A stretch of 62,898 nt of DNA, filler included, from Dicyema japonicum (lineage: Eukaryota; Animalia; Dicyemida): NCBI GenBank assembly GCA_011109175.1. It is 10 parts of 10 records of this genome, joined end to end, with 100 filler letters (N's around TTAATTAATTAA, not from the genome) between each part and the next. Parts side by side here need not be neighbours in the genome. Positions count along the whole stretch, not along the records: positions 1 to 11,445 come from RDEW01000233.1; 9 more parts are not named here. The stretch is one strand, 5' to 3'. Numbering within the stretch: position 1 is the first letter of the stretch; each line of letters begins with the position of its first letter. The notes below the pieces were generated by a model that saw nothing but the letters and a program-made list of their open reading frames with translations, had not been told where the DNA came from and ran no database searches. Below, one piece after another: positions 1 through 11,545 of the stretch. The translations under genes and the position numbers were made by a program.

Positions 1-610
1 TAATTTAATTTTAAAGCATAATTGAATAATTGTCCTGAAATATATAGTATGATTTTTTGTTGCTGTTGAATTAACTAAATATGGATATATACAGTGTATG
101 TTTAAAATAATAAATATGATATTTTGACAATCTGATGTGTAATAATTAAAGTTAAAAAATAATTTTCGAATAAAAATTCCAAATTTTTTCAAATCTAATT
201 ATTTATGACAGGAAATGTATTTTTATGATAAAGTGTTAAAAATTGTCACGTGTTCTATTTGTTAGCACTTTTAAAGCGATCATATTGAGACAAACATTAG
301 TTTTTTTAGCATAGATTAACATCTAATTTTTTTAGTTATCGCTGGAGAATTGGTTCGATTTTCCTGATGTCTGTAATTACTAAATGAATCTAAATTTAAT
401 TTATTTATAACAAAATGGTCCCCACCAACATAATCCACGATACTTTTCCTATCACGATTGCAATGTAGATTAACTGGAAAAGGGTCTGGCTATTAAGTTT
501 AGTCAGACAACCACTTTCTTTAGTAAAGGATGTGATATCCCACTTATGTCACCAGTTGTTTCAGCTAATAATAATAAAGCCTTTTCACGAGAGCCATAGT
601 ATTTATAGCT

Positions 611-893
611 CCGCATAGGCAGGACACACACTTTATTTAAGTAAAGAACAGTTAATTTTAACTAATCGTAGAACCAAGGAATGATCTTCACTTCTTTTTT
701 TTCTTTTTCTTGTGTGAGTGTCCGTTCTAAACAATCCAGTTCCGCAGTGAGTATCCACTGATAACGGCGTCACTCGTCAAACCCTTTCTTCATCGTAGAT
801 GCGTGGAACCTTCCACCAGGTGAACTGCAGCAAGATTCGAACCCGTAGCCTAAGCCAATTAAGCCCGACACATAACCACTATGCCACCCGGCT
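611..893 (-). mobile_element. tRNA-derived SINE, full-length copy
   Basis: The minus strand begins AGCCGGGTGGCATAGTGGTT (Pol III A-box, 877-887) and has GGTTCGAATC (B-box, 834-843). The body and tail recur, diverged, at 31711-31950. Confidence 0.75.
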
Positions 894-1262
894 GTTTCAG
901 CTAAGATAGTCCTCAATTTTTATCCAAATCATTTTTTATCATTTGTCTTGATCTTAAGACCTTTGATAAAACGAAGCCGTATTGTATTAAGGCCAACTGG
1001 TCGATCGCAGAGGGTTTTATCGCTCAACTATGTGTATTTTCTCGTTTAATCTTCCACGATTTAACTTTCAAGGAAAAATTATTTGATATTATACTTATGA
1101 AAGAAATAACAACTTGCGAAAATATCTACAATTCTATACAAGTTTTGTTATTATTCTACTTATTACCTTAACAAACGAAATTAATCAATTAATTAACACA
1201 AAAATCCAGCCGACATTACCTGACGTTGTGTTGCCTCTCATAATAAGATCAACTTGCACCCT

Positions 1263-1301
1263 GTGGTACTTAGTAGCGATGCCGTCAAAGGTCATTACAT
1301 A
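1263..1301 (-). mobile_element. Tiny remnant of the RLE retrotransposon family seen at 54817-55359
   Basis: Translates YVMTFDGIATKYH, matching VLTWDGVVSK at about 55030 and VMTREGIVSKYH at about 58640. Confidence 0.4.
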
Positions 1302-1744
1302 GTGAAATATAAATAATTACACGTGATGGGTACTCTATTGATTATTCGTGGAATTGTTCTTTTCAAGTACAAGTCTTCAACATACTATATAAGTGGAAAT
1401 CATTTCAAATCCATTAAGTTATTTTATTTATTGTAAACGCTCAAACTTCATAAGTAGACTGTTTTTCATGTATACTAAAATAAACTCAAATACTTCTAGA
1501 ATAAACTAAAATACAAATTTTTTGAGCTATTTCATTCAATTATTTAATGTCGTATAATGATGAACACAGGCATTATCAAAATAAAGATCGTGTCTCTGAT
1601 TCCTCTTCTAACAAAAATATTTATCCGACATCATTATGAGTTTTAGAACGTAATTTTATCTGAAAAATATATTTACCGTCATCCCAATGTTAATGATTAA
1701 AAAATGACTAACCTTCTAATAACTTTATCTAAAAAAATATTTTG

Positions 1745-2135
1745 TATAAGTACAAAGGTCAAATGTCACTCCCAGGATAGTTGGACGAATCTGTAGTGGT
1801 ATGGAGTCTCCAAAAATGTTCAAGTCCAGTGTATGTTTTTCTTTTCTGTCCGTGGTGAAGAATGTATACGTTGATTTCTCCCTGGATACGGAGAGACGAT
1901 TCAACTTCAACAGGCTCCTAGGTCGTCAATATGTGACTGAAGCTCTGATTTTGCTGTACCCACGTATTTGTTCCTGCTAGCGATGATTAGGTCGTCAGCA
2001 TAAGTGAGAAGCATTGAATCTGGTCTTCCATGGCAGGGTAAATCGTTGAGGAATAAGTTGAATAACGCCAAAGAGAGGGGCGATCCTTGAGGGACGCCAT
2101 TTGGTAGAAGCCGGGACCTCGATCTTGCGTGCCTA
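1745..2135 (-). mobile_element. Non-LTR retrotransposon reverse transcriptase fragment
   Basis: Motifs NGVPQGSPLSLALFNLFLNDLP, LLTYADDLII and ILGVTFD in order; truncated. Confidence 0.85.
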
Positions 2136-2554
2136 TACAGACACGTCCTCTAGAAGACTATACAGACTTATAAATAAATAAAGTTTTACTAAGAATTTTT
2201 TTGTATTTTGTGATGAATCTCGCATGTACACATCATCGCATGTATGGACTTTTTTGCAAGGACATTATCGGATGAAGAAAATAAATTTGATTGAACATTA
2301 TCATACTCGTTATCGTTGAGTACCATTATCCTTAGGATCCGTTCGTTTAGATTCCGAATGAATACACACTATTATTGAAGGACGAAAGTCGAAGTGACAA
2401 AAACCCCAGAAATAATGTAGGAACAATTCTAGTACAGCTGTATTAATCTCACCAGTGAAAGTACCTTGCAGAAGCACAGGAAACCAGAACATTGTTAATT
2501 GTATATTTAACCCAACCTAATATAGAAAATTAATTTAAAAATTATCAATGAAAA

Positions 2555-3202
2555 TTAATTTAAAAATTTATAATATTTATAATCTTTAATAGCCGCCTTC
2601 CTTTCTTTCTTCTGATGATATTTATTGATAGATTTTGCAGACTTATTCTTCATTCTTTCATTCAAAACAAGTTGTCGTTTGGTCTTCCTTGTAACAAACT
2701 GAGGATGTTGTCCCTTCTCCAACATTTCAATCTGATTACCTCGGAGTGTTGCATTCACCCTCCGTTCATACAACTTGTCCTTCTCTGACTTCTCTTGTTG
2801 TTTACGACGAGTCAATATTCCCTTAATTGTCAAGCTCTCTTCCTCACTGATATTTTCCTTTAGTTTGGCTACAGAATTGAAGACTCTTCCTTTATTTTAT
2901 CACTTAGGAATTTATACGCATTCACGATCATACTCCCGTCATACCGAGTGCTTTCACTATGAAATCGAGAATCAATACCCCCTCGTTTTATTTGGGGCTT
3001 CCTTTTTGGTTTTTTGGAAGATATCTCCATAGGACCACTACTTGTTGATAATTGCCTCTTTTTACAGCCAAACATTTGATCGAATTTCTTTTTTCCATAC
3101 ATGTCCTTTAGTTCGTTTATGTCCTCAAATGAAATTGTTGAGAATTCTATTTATATAATTATAGTTACTTGAATTATCTAACCAAAGAATATTGCCACTC
3201 AT
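2555..3202 (-). CDS. RRP36: rRNA biogenesis protein RRP36 homolog; exons 3202-3169 and 3146-2555, 22-nt intron 3168-3147, one frameshift near 2871
   Basis: Spliced translation MSGNILWLDNSKFSTISFEDINELKDMYGKKKF...PMEISSKKP...IDSRF...AYKFLSD...GQHPQFVTRKTKRQLVLNERMK...KKERKAAIKD. It is collinear with RRP36 motifs as I recall them (SFEEL, P.EMS.K, RDPRF, Y.FL.D, G..PYFLKKS..R.L.L.EKF). Confidence 0.85.
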
Positions 3203-4609
3203 TTACCACCACAGGAGTCACAATTGCACGGGATTATTATTATTTTATTTTTTTGATTAAATATTTATTAATAATTTAAAATTATTATTTCACTATTCTG
3301 GTTGTAAAAATTGAACATACCATATTTCGTAGCCTTGGCTGAACGGAACTTCGAATCCGAAAGATGGACTATTCAACAAAAGTCAATTTTCCCAAACTGA
3401 TCCCACCAGTGAGGCGAATAGCTTTTCTGGCACTATACCCGACTAACTCCACTAGCAAATAATACTATTATGGCACAGAATACTACAGTTCAACCGCTGC
3501 CCCAATAGAAAAGCTCCCCAAATACTGCGAGTAAAATAATTTATTCATTAAAAAAAGTAGTATTCGCTAATTATCCCCAATATTGTATTTTTAGTCTAAA
3601 ATCATTATATTCTCAAAGTGCTTAAGGACAAGCATTTAACAATCAATTTTGACAAATGTGACATCAACGTTATCAATAATTAAAATTTGTCGATTCTGTA
3701 AGAACATTTCATTATTAATTCTTTGTAACTAATTTAAGATATCACAAGTCATCCATGCATTCTTATATTTATAAGTTAATATTGGTACTCCATAATTCTC
3801 AGTTCTTATATTTTAAGGCATCTAAGTGATTTAAACTTTCCAGCAGGGTTGTTAGATTTAAATCATTTGATTTTAATCAACAACAAAAATAATTATTTAA
3901 NATCTAAAATTTTGTTCTCGTCCTCCTCGTACCTTTTCCTCTATTCTTCATTTTCAATTAGGAATCCCCATCAATAGCCTAAGAATAAAAGAATAACATA
4001 CCTCAGGGAGCAATGAAAAATCTTAGAATATCGTTTCTCGTGCATAGCATACTCTGGATTACTCCGTTTAATCGTCATGTCGGAGCTAGTAACAAAATGG
4101 AAAAAACGGTCATCCTGGTACACTTTAATGACTACATTATCAACTTGAGGGACATAACACAGCTAAAAATTATGTTATTAACAACCCACGATTCCAATTG
4201 AGTGATTATTAAGAATCCGTTATGTACATCTAGAGATTCCGAGAAATGATGTGACCCGAGCGTCTAAATCGATGCGAGTCATAAATTTATATACTAGAAA
4301 TAAGACAAACATTACTTTAATTTATCCTTGACAGAGGACTCTGACCATAATCTGATCAAAATAGGATTACCAGTTAGGGGTTCGTATAAAAGTCTAGTAA
4401 ACACCAAAATTATATAGCTGAAACCTATAAAGTCCTATATCTACCTGATTTTAACAAACAAGAGGATTCTAAGTTGAGGTACCGAATGAAGCAGCTTTGT
4501 AGAGCATCCCCCTCTATACAACACACAGTCTTTCCCTTTCAATAAATGATCAAAAACCTTAAACTAATCCAAAAATCCCAAGGGATTTGAAATCCATCAA
4601 TAAAATCAT

Positions 4610-4930
4610 TCGATGTGAGTTGTGGTACCCAATACAATTTATCGGTTGCACTTAATGATGATCACTCACAAGCGGAAGATAGCTTGTATCAGAATATTTT
4701 TCATGCAGTTTTGGTTTGACGTCTTTAAGAAATTCACGTATTTCTTTTCGTAGTACAAATGCTCTCATCAATGCTTTTCCGTTTGAAAGGCATCTTACAT
4801 TGATCAAATCTTGAATTGATCAATCTTTGGGCTTTGAGAAGAAATCAATATCCCTTTGTGTTGAACGAGCATGTTTGGATTCAATATGCCTCTTTAACTT
4901 ACTCTGCTTAAGTGATCCAGACGCCGAAGC
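4610..4930 (-). mobile_element. Internally deleted hAT (Buster-like) transposase remnant
   Basis: LKQSKLKRHIESKH (BED-finger end) is joined directly to VRCLSNGKALMRAFVLRKEIREFL, then to a dimerization-domain-like remnant. Confidence 0.65.
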
Positions 4931-5744
4931 TTCAGAAGACACTGTGGTTTTAATTTTCTTTTAGAAGTTATCAGAGTCCATATTTGACATATGTATTTTT
5001 ATTCATTGAATTATTTGAACAGGACATTCCTACAGAGATAAAATTGATCAGGTTCTTTTTAAATTTAACTCAAAATAATTTAAAAATATATAACATAAAA
5101 GTAGACTAATATAAATTACTAAAGATTTTTTCGCGGTCCTGTTTGGAGTAATTATATCCATGCGCCATGTCTCAAAATCTTCTTGAAAGAGATTCTTCAG
5201 GTGCTAGATCATTTAAATCAATCCTTGAATTCTCTTGAGCAGCTCCCGAAAGGAATTAGGAACAGCCGCCTCGGTAAAACCACTGCTATTGGATTTCTTC
5301 AAATTAATAACATCTGAGTTAGATCCAGGAGTTACAAGCCTCCGATAAGACTTCCAGAATGTTGGGTTTTTGGTGTCCAACCATCCTGCTTCAATATTTT
5401 TTTATTGACTTCTTTAAATAAGAAATCTATAGTTCTCTGAGTATTTCGAATTTTTCTCTTTAGAAAGTCTTGATCCACACAACCCAGACACCACTTAGTT
5501 TTGCGAGAAGGCGATTTCGCCTTGGAACTGCCCGTATCGCTAGATATTGTTCTACTGCTCTGAAAGTATGATTTCTGGATGTTGCACCATGAGCGGACAT
5601 CCGAAGAATGTGCTGGATTGTTTGAAAAGTCTGATAGTTTTATTGGAATCTCTATGCCAAACATTTCACAGTTTGAAGTTACCAATTTTGGATTTTCGCA
5701 TCTTGAATGGGACTTGATCTACACAAGACTTGACTGAAAATTTG

Positions 5745-5872
5745 CCAGACTCACAAATGCCGGTCTGGTGGTACCGTCGACTGTTATGGACACCATAACC
5801 TCTATTGTCGAATAAGTGCAGGTCGATTCCCAAGACATAAGGCGATCAACGGAATTGTTACCAAGGCACATC
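5745..5872 (+). mobile_element. CRE-clade retrotransposon zinc knuckle / RLE start
   Basis: HKCRSGGTVDCYGHHNLYCRISAGRFPRHKAINGIV. Confidence 0.7.
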
Positions 5873-6989
5873 ACCACCTCTACAAAATAAATCCGTATGG
5901 TGACTGTAAAAATATGAAAATAGGTCCAATTAAATTACTTAAATATATAATAACGAATATATAAATTATAAGATTTAAATAATTAATTTAAATAATAAAT
6001 AACTATTTCACGTTGATTTATGGCTGTCGGAAATTTTTATAACGAAAAATATGTTAATACGATTTAAATTTTGAAGTTTAATAAAATGACTATAATTCCT
6101 GAGTGTTTAGTCACTTTGGCTATGAACGAAATATCATGGATCACATTCATTCGAGGTTTTTCTAAGGATAAACTAGATGTGGATATGACGTATATTATTT
6201 GGTTAGTTTGTAGTTATAAGTATATCCAATTCTTCAAAAAACAGCCGAATTGTTCGCCAAGTCATTTACTATTATTTTTCTATGTTTGCTAAACAAATAA
6301 AATTTAGACGATCTCTAGAAACGAGGTATATAATGTCGTATCCAAGAGTCCTTTCTGCCAGGTTTAATTGTTTTAATTAGAGTAGCCTGATGGTCATTAA
6401 ACCTCCAATTTTGTTAATAATAGTATATTCTTTCGTGACCGATATCTTGTTAACTTGAGGAGATATTTGGAAGTAAACGAGGACTACTCTTTGGTCTTAT
6501 TTCATTTTATTAAAAGATTATTTTACCTATAGATTCTCTTTCCAAATTTGGTGTGACCAACCTGCAAAATCTGCATCTGAAATGTCGAATTGTTAAAGTG
6601 AATATTCTGCCTAATTGGACCACCAGCTTTTTACACTGAGAAAATGAAAAAGAATTCCGAAATTCTACACTTGAAATAGTTTACAAAGAATTTGGTATGA
6701 AACTAGTTTTTAGATCTCCAAGAGATGCTTGGAAACTAGGGCATGTAGACAGATTATATATCTTAGTTTTACCAATCAATATAGAGATGGATATCAGATA
6801 CTAGCAATTCAAACGGAAAATTCGAGAATTTATTCATTTAGTAAAAGAAAATATCATACGATTATAATAATTTATAAATAGAAAATATTACAACCTTGCA
6901 TATGCCATTTAATGTGTTCATGTAGATTAACTCATAAAAATGCTTAAATTTGTTTATCGGAAATATAAACTACCTAAGATTCAACTCCA

Positions 6990-7480
6990 ACGCTCAATTC
7001 CAACTTTTCCGGGATATTACGTGCTCCGAAAAGATCGAAAATTTGGAAAAGGTAGAGGCTTACTAACCATTGTCTATAACCAGATTAATGTTGTGGACTT
7101 TTTCAAATTACATATCAAGCTTTATGGACACTGAAGATCCATTAGAACAATTCACAGTGAAATAAAGTTACACTCACTCCGAATGACTATAGCAAATGTG
7201 TATATCCCTCCAATTTCTTCATGCTATAATGGCTATTGTCCTAATCTTGACAGTTCAGAAGATTGGAAAAATTTATAATTTGAGGAGATATGAACGCGAA
7301 GAGCCTTTGGTACACAAATCAACTATTGGACCAAAAAGATATACTATGTTAGACATCATTGACGACTTGGTAATCCTTAACAACAGGAATAAACACACAA
7401 GAACTTTTTCAAGAAATGGTGACTCTCCAACCTCACCAGATCTGACTCTTGCCGCCCCATTTACATCGACTATAGATGGG
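6990..7480 (+). mobile_element. LINE AP-endonuclease (APE) pseudogene fragment
   Basis: YYVLRKDRKFGKGRGLLTIV, IANVYIPP, GDMNAKS and TSPDLTLA across frameshifts. Confidence 0.75.
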
Positions 7481-7939
7481 ACGTTATCTACGATTTGCCC
7501 ACAGATCATAATCAATACTATTGAAGATGTCTGTATAGGATCGCCATTTACACAGCTCTCTATGGATTGAAATTCCATAATATTTTTGAAAAAGTTTATT
7601 ATTATCAAATAAAGAAATAAACATTAATAGAGCACATGTTGAATAATAATAAATAACGGCAAAAGATATTTGTATGCGAATGGATGTTATTCTTTGACAA
7701 ATGGTCTTTACAGGTCAAATTAATTGAATAATTTTCAAGATATCATTTTAATTTAGTTTTCAAATTAACAAATAAAAATTAAATTAACTGTTCATTTTGG
7801 GTAACTTTTAGGTCAACAATTTAATTTTTAGAGCGATTTAATTCACTTTTAAGGTCATTTTTTGATTCTAAGGGTAACTATGAGAATGCCAAGATCTAAC
7901 GTCATTTTCTGTTTGATACTTGAAAAATCCGTTGATCGG

Positions 7940-9050
7940 TCATTCCCACCCCAAATTAAGTCGGGAACAGCTCTTCAGCAATATTGAGGGAGACTCTCCG
8001 GCAGCGATTTTAGCAGCAAGCCTTCGAATTATGTACCGATCGCAATTGGGCGGACACTTCCATCTCCTTTTCTGAATGCCAATAGATGTTCACACAAAAG
8101 AACATCTCTAGTAAATTTTAGAATATCATCATTAACTATTTAAGTGAGCCGCAAAGTGACTGCGTTAACAAGGCACGGCCGACCTCAGCAGTAGCTTCGG
8201 ATGTTAGGATAAAATTTCAATTCCAGATAGAAAGCTACGTACTGTTGAGTCAATTACATCATCCTCACGAGGTTCCATTAAAATAGTCCTTTTTAGTACN
8301 TACCCAACTTGAATATGCAATTTATCTTGTGCAATAATGTGTCAGCTTTCTTAGAGGAAAAAAATGAATCACTCCAACAATTCACATTAAATTTACNATA
8401 ACGTGACTAGGGTTGGAGCCGAACCCGTATAAATGTGAAATTATAAACGTTGCTTGCGGACAGGAAGACTTTGACGTGCAATGGCTGCGATTTCTGCTCA
8501 TCTCCGCGATGTCTCGGTTACCCAACTTGAATATGCAATTTATCTTGTGCAATAATGTGTCAGTTTTCTTAGAAGAAAAAAATGAATCACTCCAACAATT
8601 CACATTAAATTTACAAACCCAGGACTTTCACATGGCTTTGTTATTCCTCAGGAAATTCCATTTCACGCCAAAGCCCCGTTTTCTTTTACGGAAAGCCCAA
8701 TGTGTCACGGACATCTACTTTTTAAGAGCCATCGACGAGATGCTAAGACCTGCCGTTGAAGAATCGCTCAACATTTTCTTTGATAAAACTGTTTGGATCC
8801 AATGCAAACTACCTCTTTGCTACGCAGTAGTCTGAATACGCTCGCCACTAGAACTCGCCCTTCCGGTCTTCCTTTTTTCGACATATGCTTCCAGTGGTCT
8901 CGCACTCCAGATCCTACACTACATTTACGGATCGGACGCTGAACCAGTTGTGTGCATGGCTCAGGATTTCTTAACGCGCTGGGTGTTGGATTACCAAAGA
9001 TTGCTAATAAACAACAAGAATGAGACAAGCTTTTGTGCTCAACGATCACC
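7940..9050 (-). mobile_element. Decayed CRE-clade element (ORF N-terminus to RT N-terminus)
   Basis: LLAFRKGDGSVRPIAIGT; 7940-8210 is a nucleotide-level relative of 21890-22150. Confidence 0.7.
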
Positions 9051-9119
9051 GAAGAAATAAAACCTGTGTCTGATCAGCATCGTTTTGCTTGTCTGGCTTC
9101 TGAATCAACGAATGAGATT

Positions 9120-9335
9120 GTACCTCACTTGGGACACTATTGGATTACGACGCGACGAGTATAGGGGTTCAGTCCGAATCGGAATGAATGTTTGCACAAT
9201 TCATCGGTGTAGATGTGAAAGAATGGTCGACGTGATTGGTCTTTACGCTTTCTTTTGCCAGAGGAATGCTGGAAGGAATCCTAGACAAGCCGCAATGAAC
9301 AAGGTTATTCTTGTGGACTTGAGGCTGCCGGATAT
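9120..9335 (+). mobile_element. CRE-clade zinc knuckle fragment
   Basis: VRIGMNVCTIHRCRCERMVDVIGLYAFFCQRNAGRNPRQAAMNKVI. Confidence 0.7.
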
Positions 9336-10789
9336 TTTTTTTTCATACATTTGTGAACGCAATATGAATATTTAACCTATTTTTTAATTTTTTATTAAAA
9401 AGTGCAATTTATATTTTCTATGGTATATTTTATCGTCCTATAAAATATTTAATTAAACACTTTAAATGTAGTCCTAATTTTTTATAATTTTTTTTCTAAA
9501 GCACTATACTTGAATACATTGTTCTGACCTAGCCAATTTAGAGAAGTCCCGAAGGGTTCTTTGTAACCAAATTAATTGTCTAAATTTAGAATAAGGATTT
9601 TTTGTTTTTCATATTTTTTGTGAATGCAATGTGAATATTTGACATATTTTTTAATTTTTTATTAAAAAGTGCAATTTATATTTTCTATAGTATACTATCT
9701 TTCATTAAATAATTTTATTTGTAAAGTGTAAATGACGTCTTTATTTTATATAATAAATTATCTGTCCAATGTACTTTTACTTGCAAAAATTAAACAGACT
9801 AAAGCTAACATCAAAAAGTGTTTTTATTAGCAAAATCCTAGAGTTTCGTATTTTTATTAAAGGAATAGATTTTTTAATTTTCATACATTTGTGAACGCAA
9901 TATGAATATTTAACCTATTTTTTAATTTTTTATTAAAAAGAAGTCTCATTTATTATTTCTATATTATAACTTTCTATAAATAATTTTATTTAAGATGGAT
10001 AAAACGTTTTAATTTTTTTATTTTCATTTCATTGGTACATTTTTACTACTAGAAGATCTAAACAATATATCTCAATAAATTATTACTAAGAAATAATGAA
10101 ATTAGAAATCCGACATTGATAGCCAACAAAATGTCTACAATAAATAATTATTTTTCAACATAAAATTATTATAAAAAAATATAAAAATAAAAGAAATTCC
10201 ATATGAGTCAATGTAATTAATTACATCACAAGTGTTTAAACGTTTGTGATAGAAAAATAAAGTAAAATAATTCTACAAAGTTTGATAATATCAAAAAAAA
10301 TTTGAGAAAATTATGTTCAGGATTATAGAAAAGAGATGATTTTAAAAAGCTAATGAAAGTATATTGAAAAAATCTGAATTTAATTGTTCAAAATGCGTAA
10401 AGGATTTTTCTTTAATCAAAAGATAAATAAGCATGTTGACTCGAGAATAGTGGAATTTCAAAAAACTTTGTGACTAAGAAAAATTATCTATAATACTATT
10501 ATTAGATATAACTCAGTATTTTAAACAATTTATTTAATAAGAAATGTAGAAGATATAAATCGAACAAAGATATCTAAAAATATCTTACGATAAATAAGTA
10601 ATTTCAACATAAAACTATAATAAAAAACATTTGAAAAATAATAGAAAAAAAATTTAACGCCAAATTAAAGCAAACTAACCAAATTAGTTGTTCAAAGAAT
10701 TTTGATAAAAAAGGAAAATAAAATAAATCTATAAAGTTTGAATATATCAAATAAAAAAAAGTAAGATAAAAAGAATTGATGTCTAGAAA

Positions 10790-11130
10790 ATAATCATTAA
10801 TTTTATGATGTAAATAAAGAAACCATTTTATTACCCACCAAAGAACCAATGAATCAAACTAATTAATATTATCGATCGATACACCTTCTGTCTTTAATGT
10901 AGTAGTAGAGGCTAGAGCTATGATTAGTAATGAAACCTGCTGTTGTCGACTGAGTAATAGAAGCTAGGGAAATGACAAGTCACTATACCATCATTAAATG
11001 GAGTGGTAGAATCTAACGTTAATGAAAAATCATCATACCTGCATTCGTCGACGGAGTAGTAGCTATCTATGGATTTGATCTCTTATAGACATATGAATTC
11101 GTCATCCGCTTTCAATTGGCACAAAAATAA
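10790..11130 (-). pseudogene. Possible SLC22/MFS transporter pseudogene fragment
   Basis: Removing two 26-nt GT-AG introns (11038-11013, 10884-10859) gives one frame reading VDECRFY...WYSD...TTLKTEV*FIGSLVG, with several stops. Confidence 0.3.
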
Positions 11131-11445
11131 GTAACTAAAACCAATTAATTGTTTTTTAAACTCAAACGATTGAATAATCAATCTGTATAATTTATCTTAG
11201 TTGTTATTCCCAATTGTTCATCAGTGACAGCTCACAGTCGCCTTCAATTACTTGGATCGACTTATCCTTATGGTGACGGCATTGAACGTAAATTTGAGAC
11301 TATGAATGCCCCTGGCTGATTGTTGGAACTAAATAAAACCTATTATGGGTAACTCTGGAGTTATTAAAAACTATGAGAAACCTCGAAAGTATTCAGTAGG
11401 GCGATTTTTGTCATTAAGTAAAAAATTCATATGTTTTTTAAAATT

Positions 11446-11545
11446 NNNNNNNNNNNNNNNNNNNNNNNNNNNNNNNNNNNNNNNNNNNNTTAATTAATTA
11501 ANNNNNNNNNNNNNNNNNNNNNNNNNNNNNNNNNNNNNNNNNNNN
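11446..11545. other. Artificial contig spacer (N44-TTAATTAATTAA-N44)
   Basis: The same spacer occurs at 19701-19800, 27995-28094, 38897-38996, 45027-45126, 52422-52521, 58845-58944, 60065-60164 and 61725-61824. The 12-mer puts a stop in all six frames. Confidence 0.97.

Noticed and set aside
822-893. tRNA gene
   Set aside because: A and B boxes are present, but the 3' side cannot pair with the 5' GCCGGGT acceptor strand and the sequence continues into a repeated body, so it is a SINE head.
2221-2520. C2-domain-like remnant (GSVRLD...TLLLKD...VGTILVQL)
   Set aside because: It needs several frame changes and has too few diagnostic residues.
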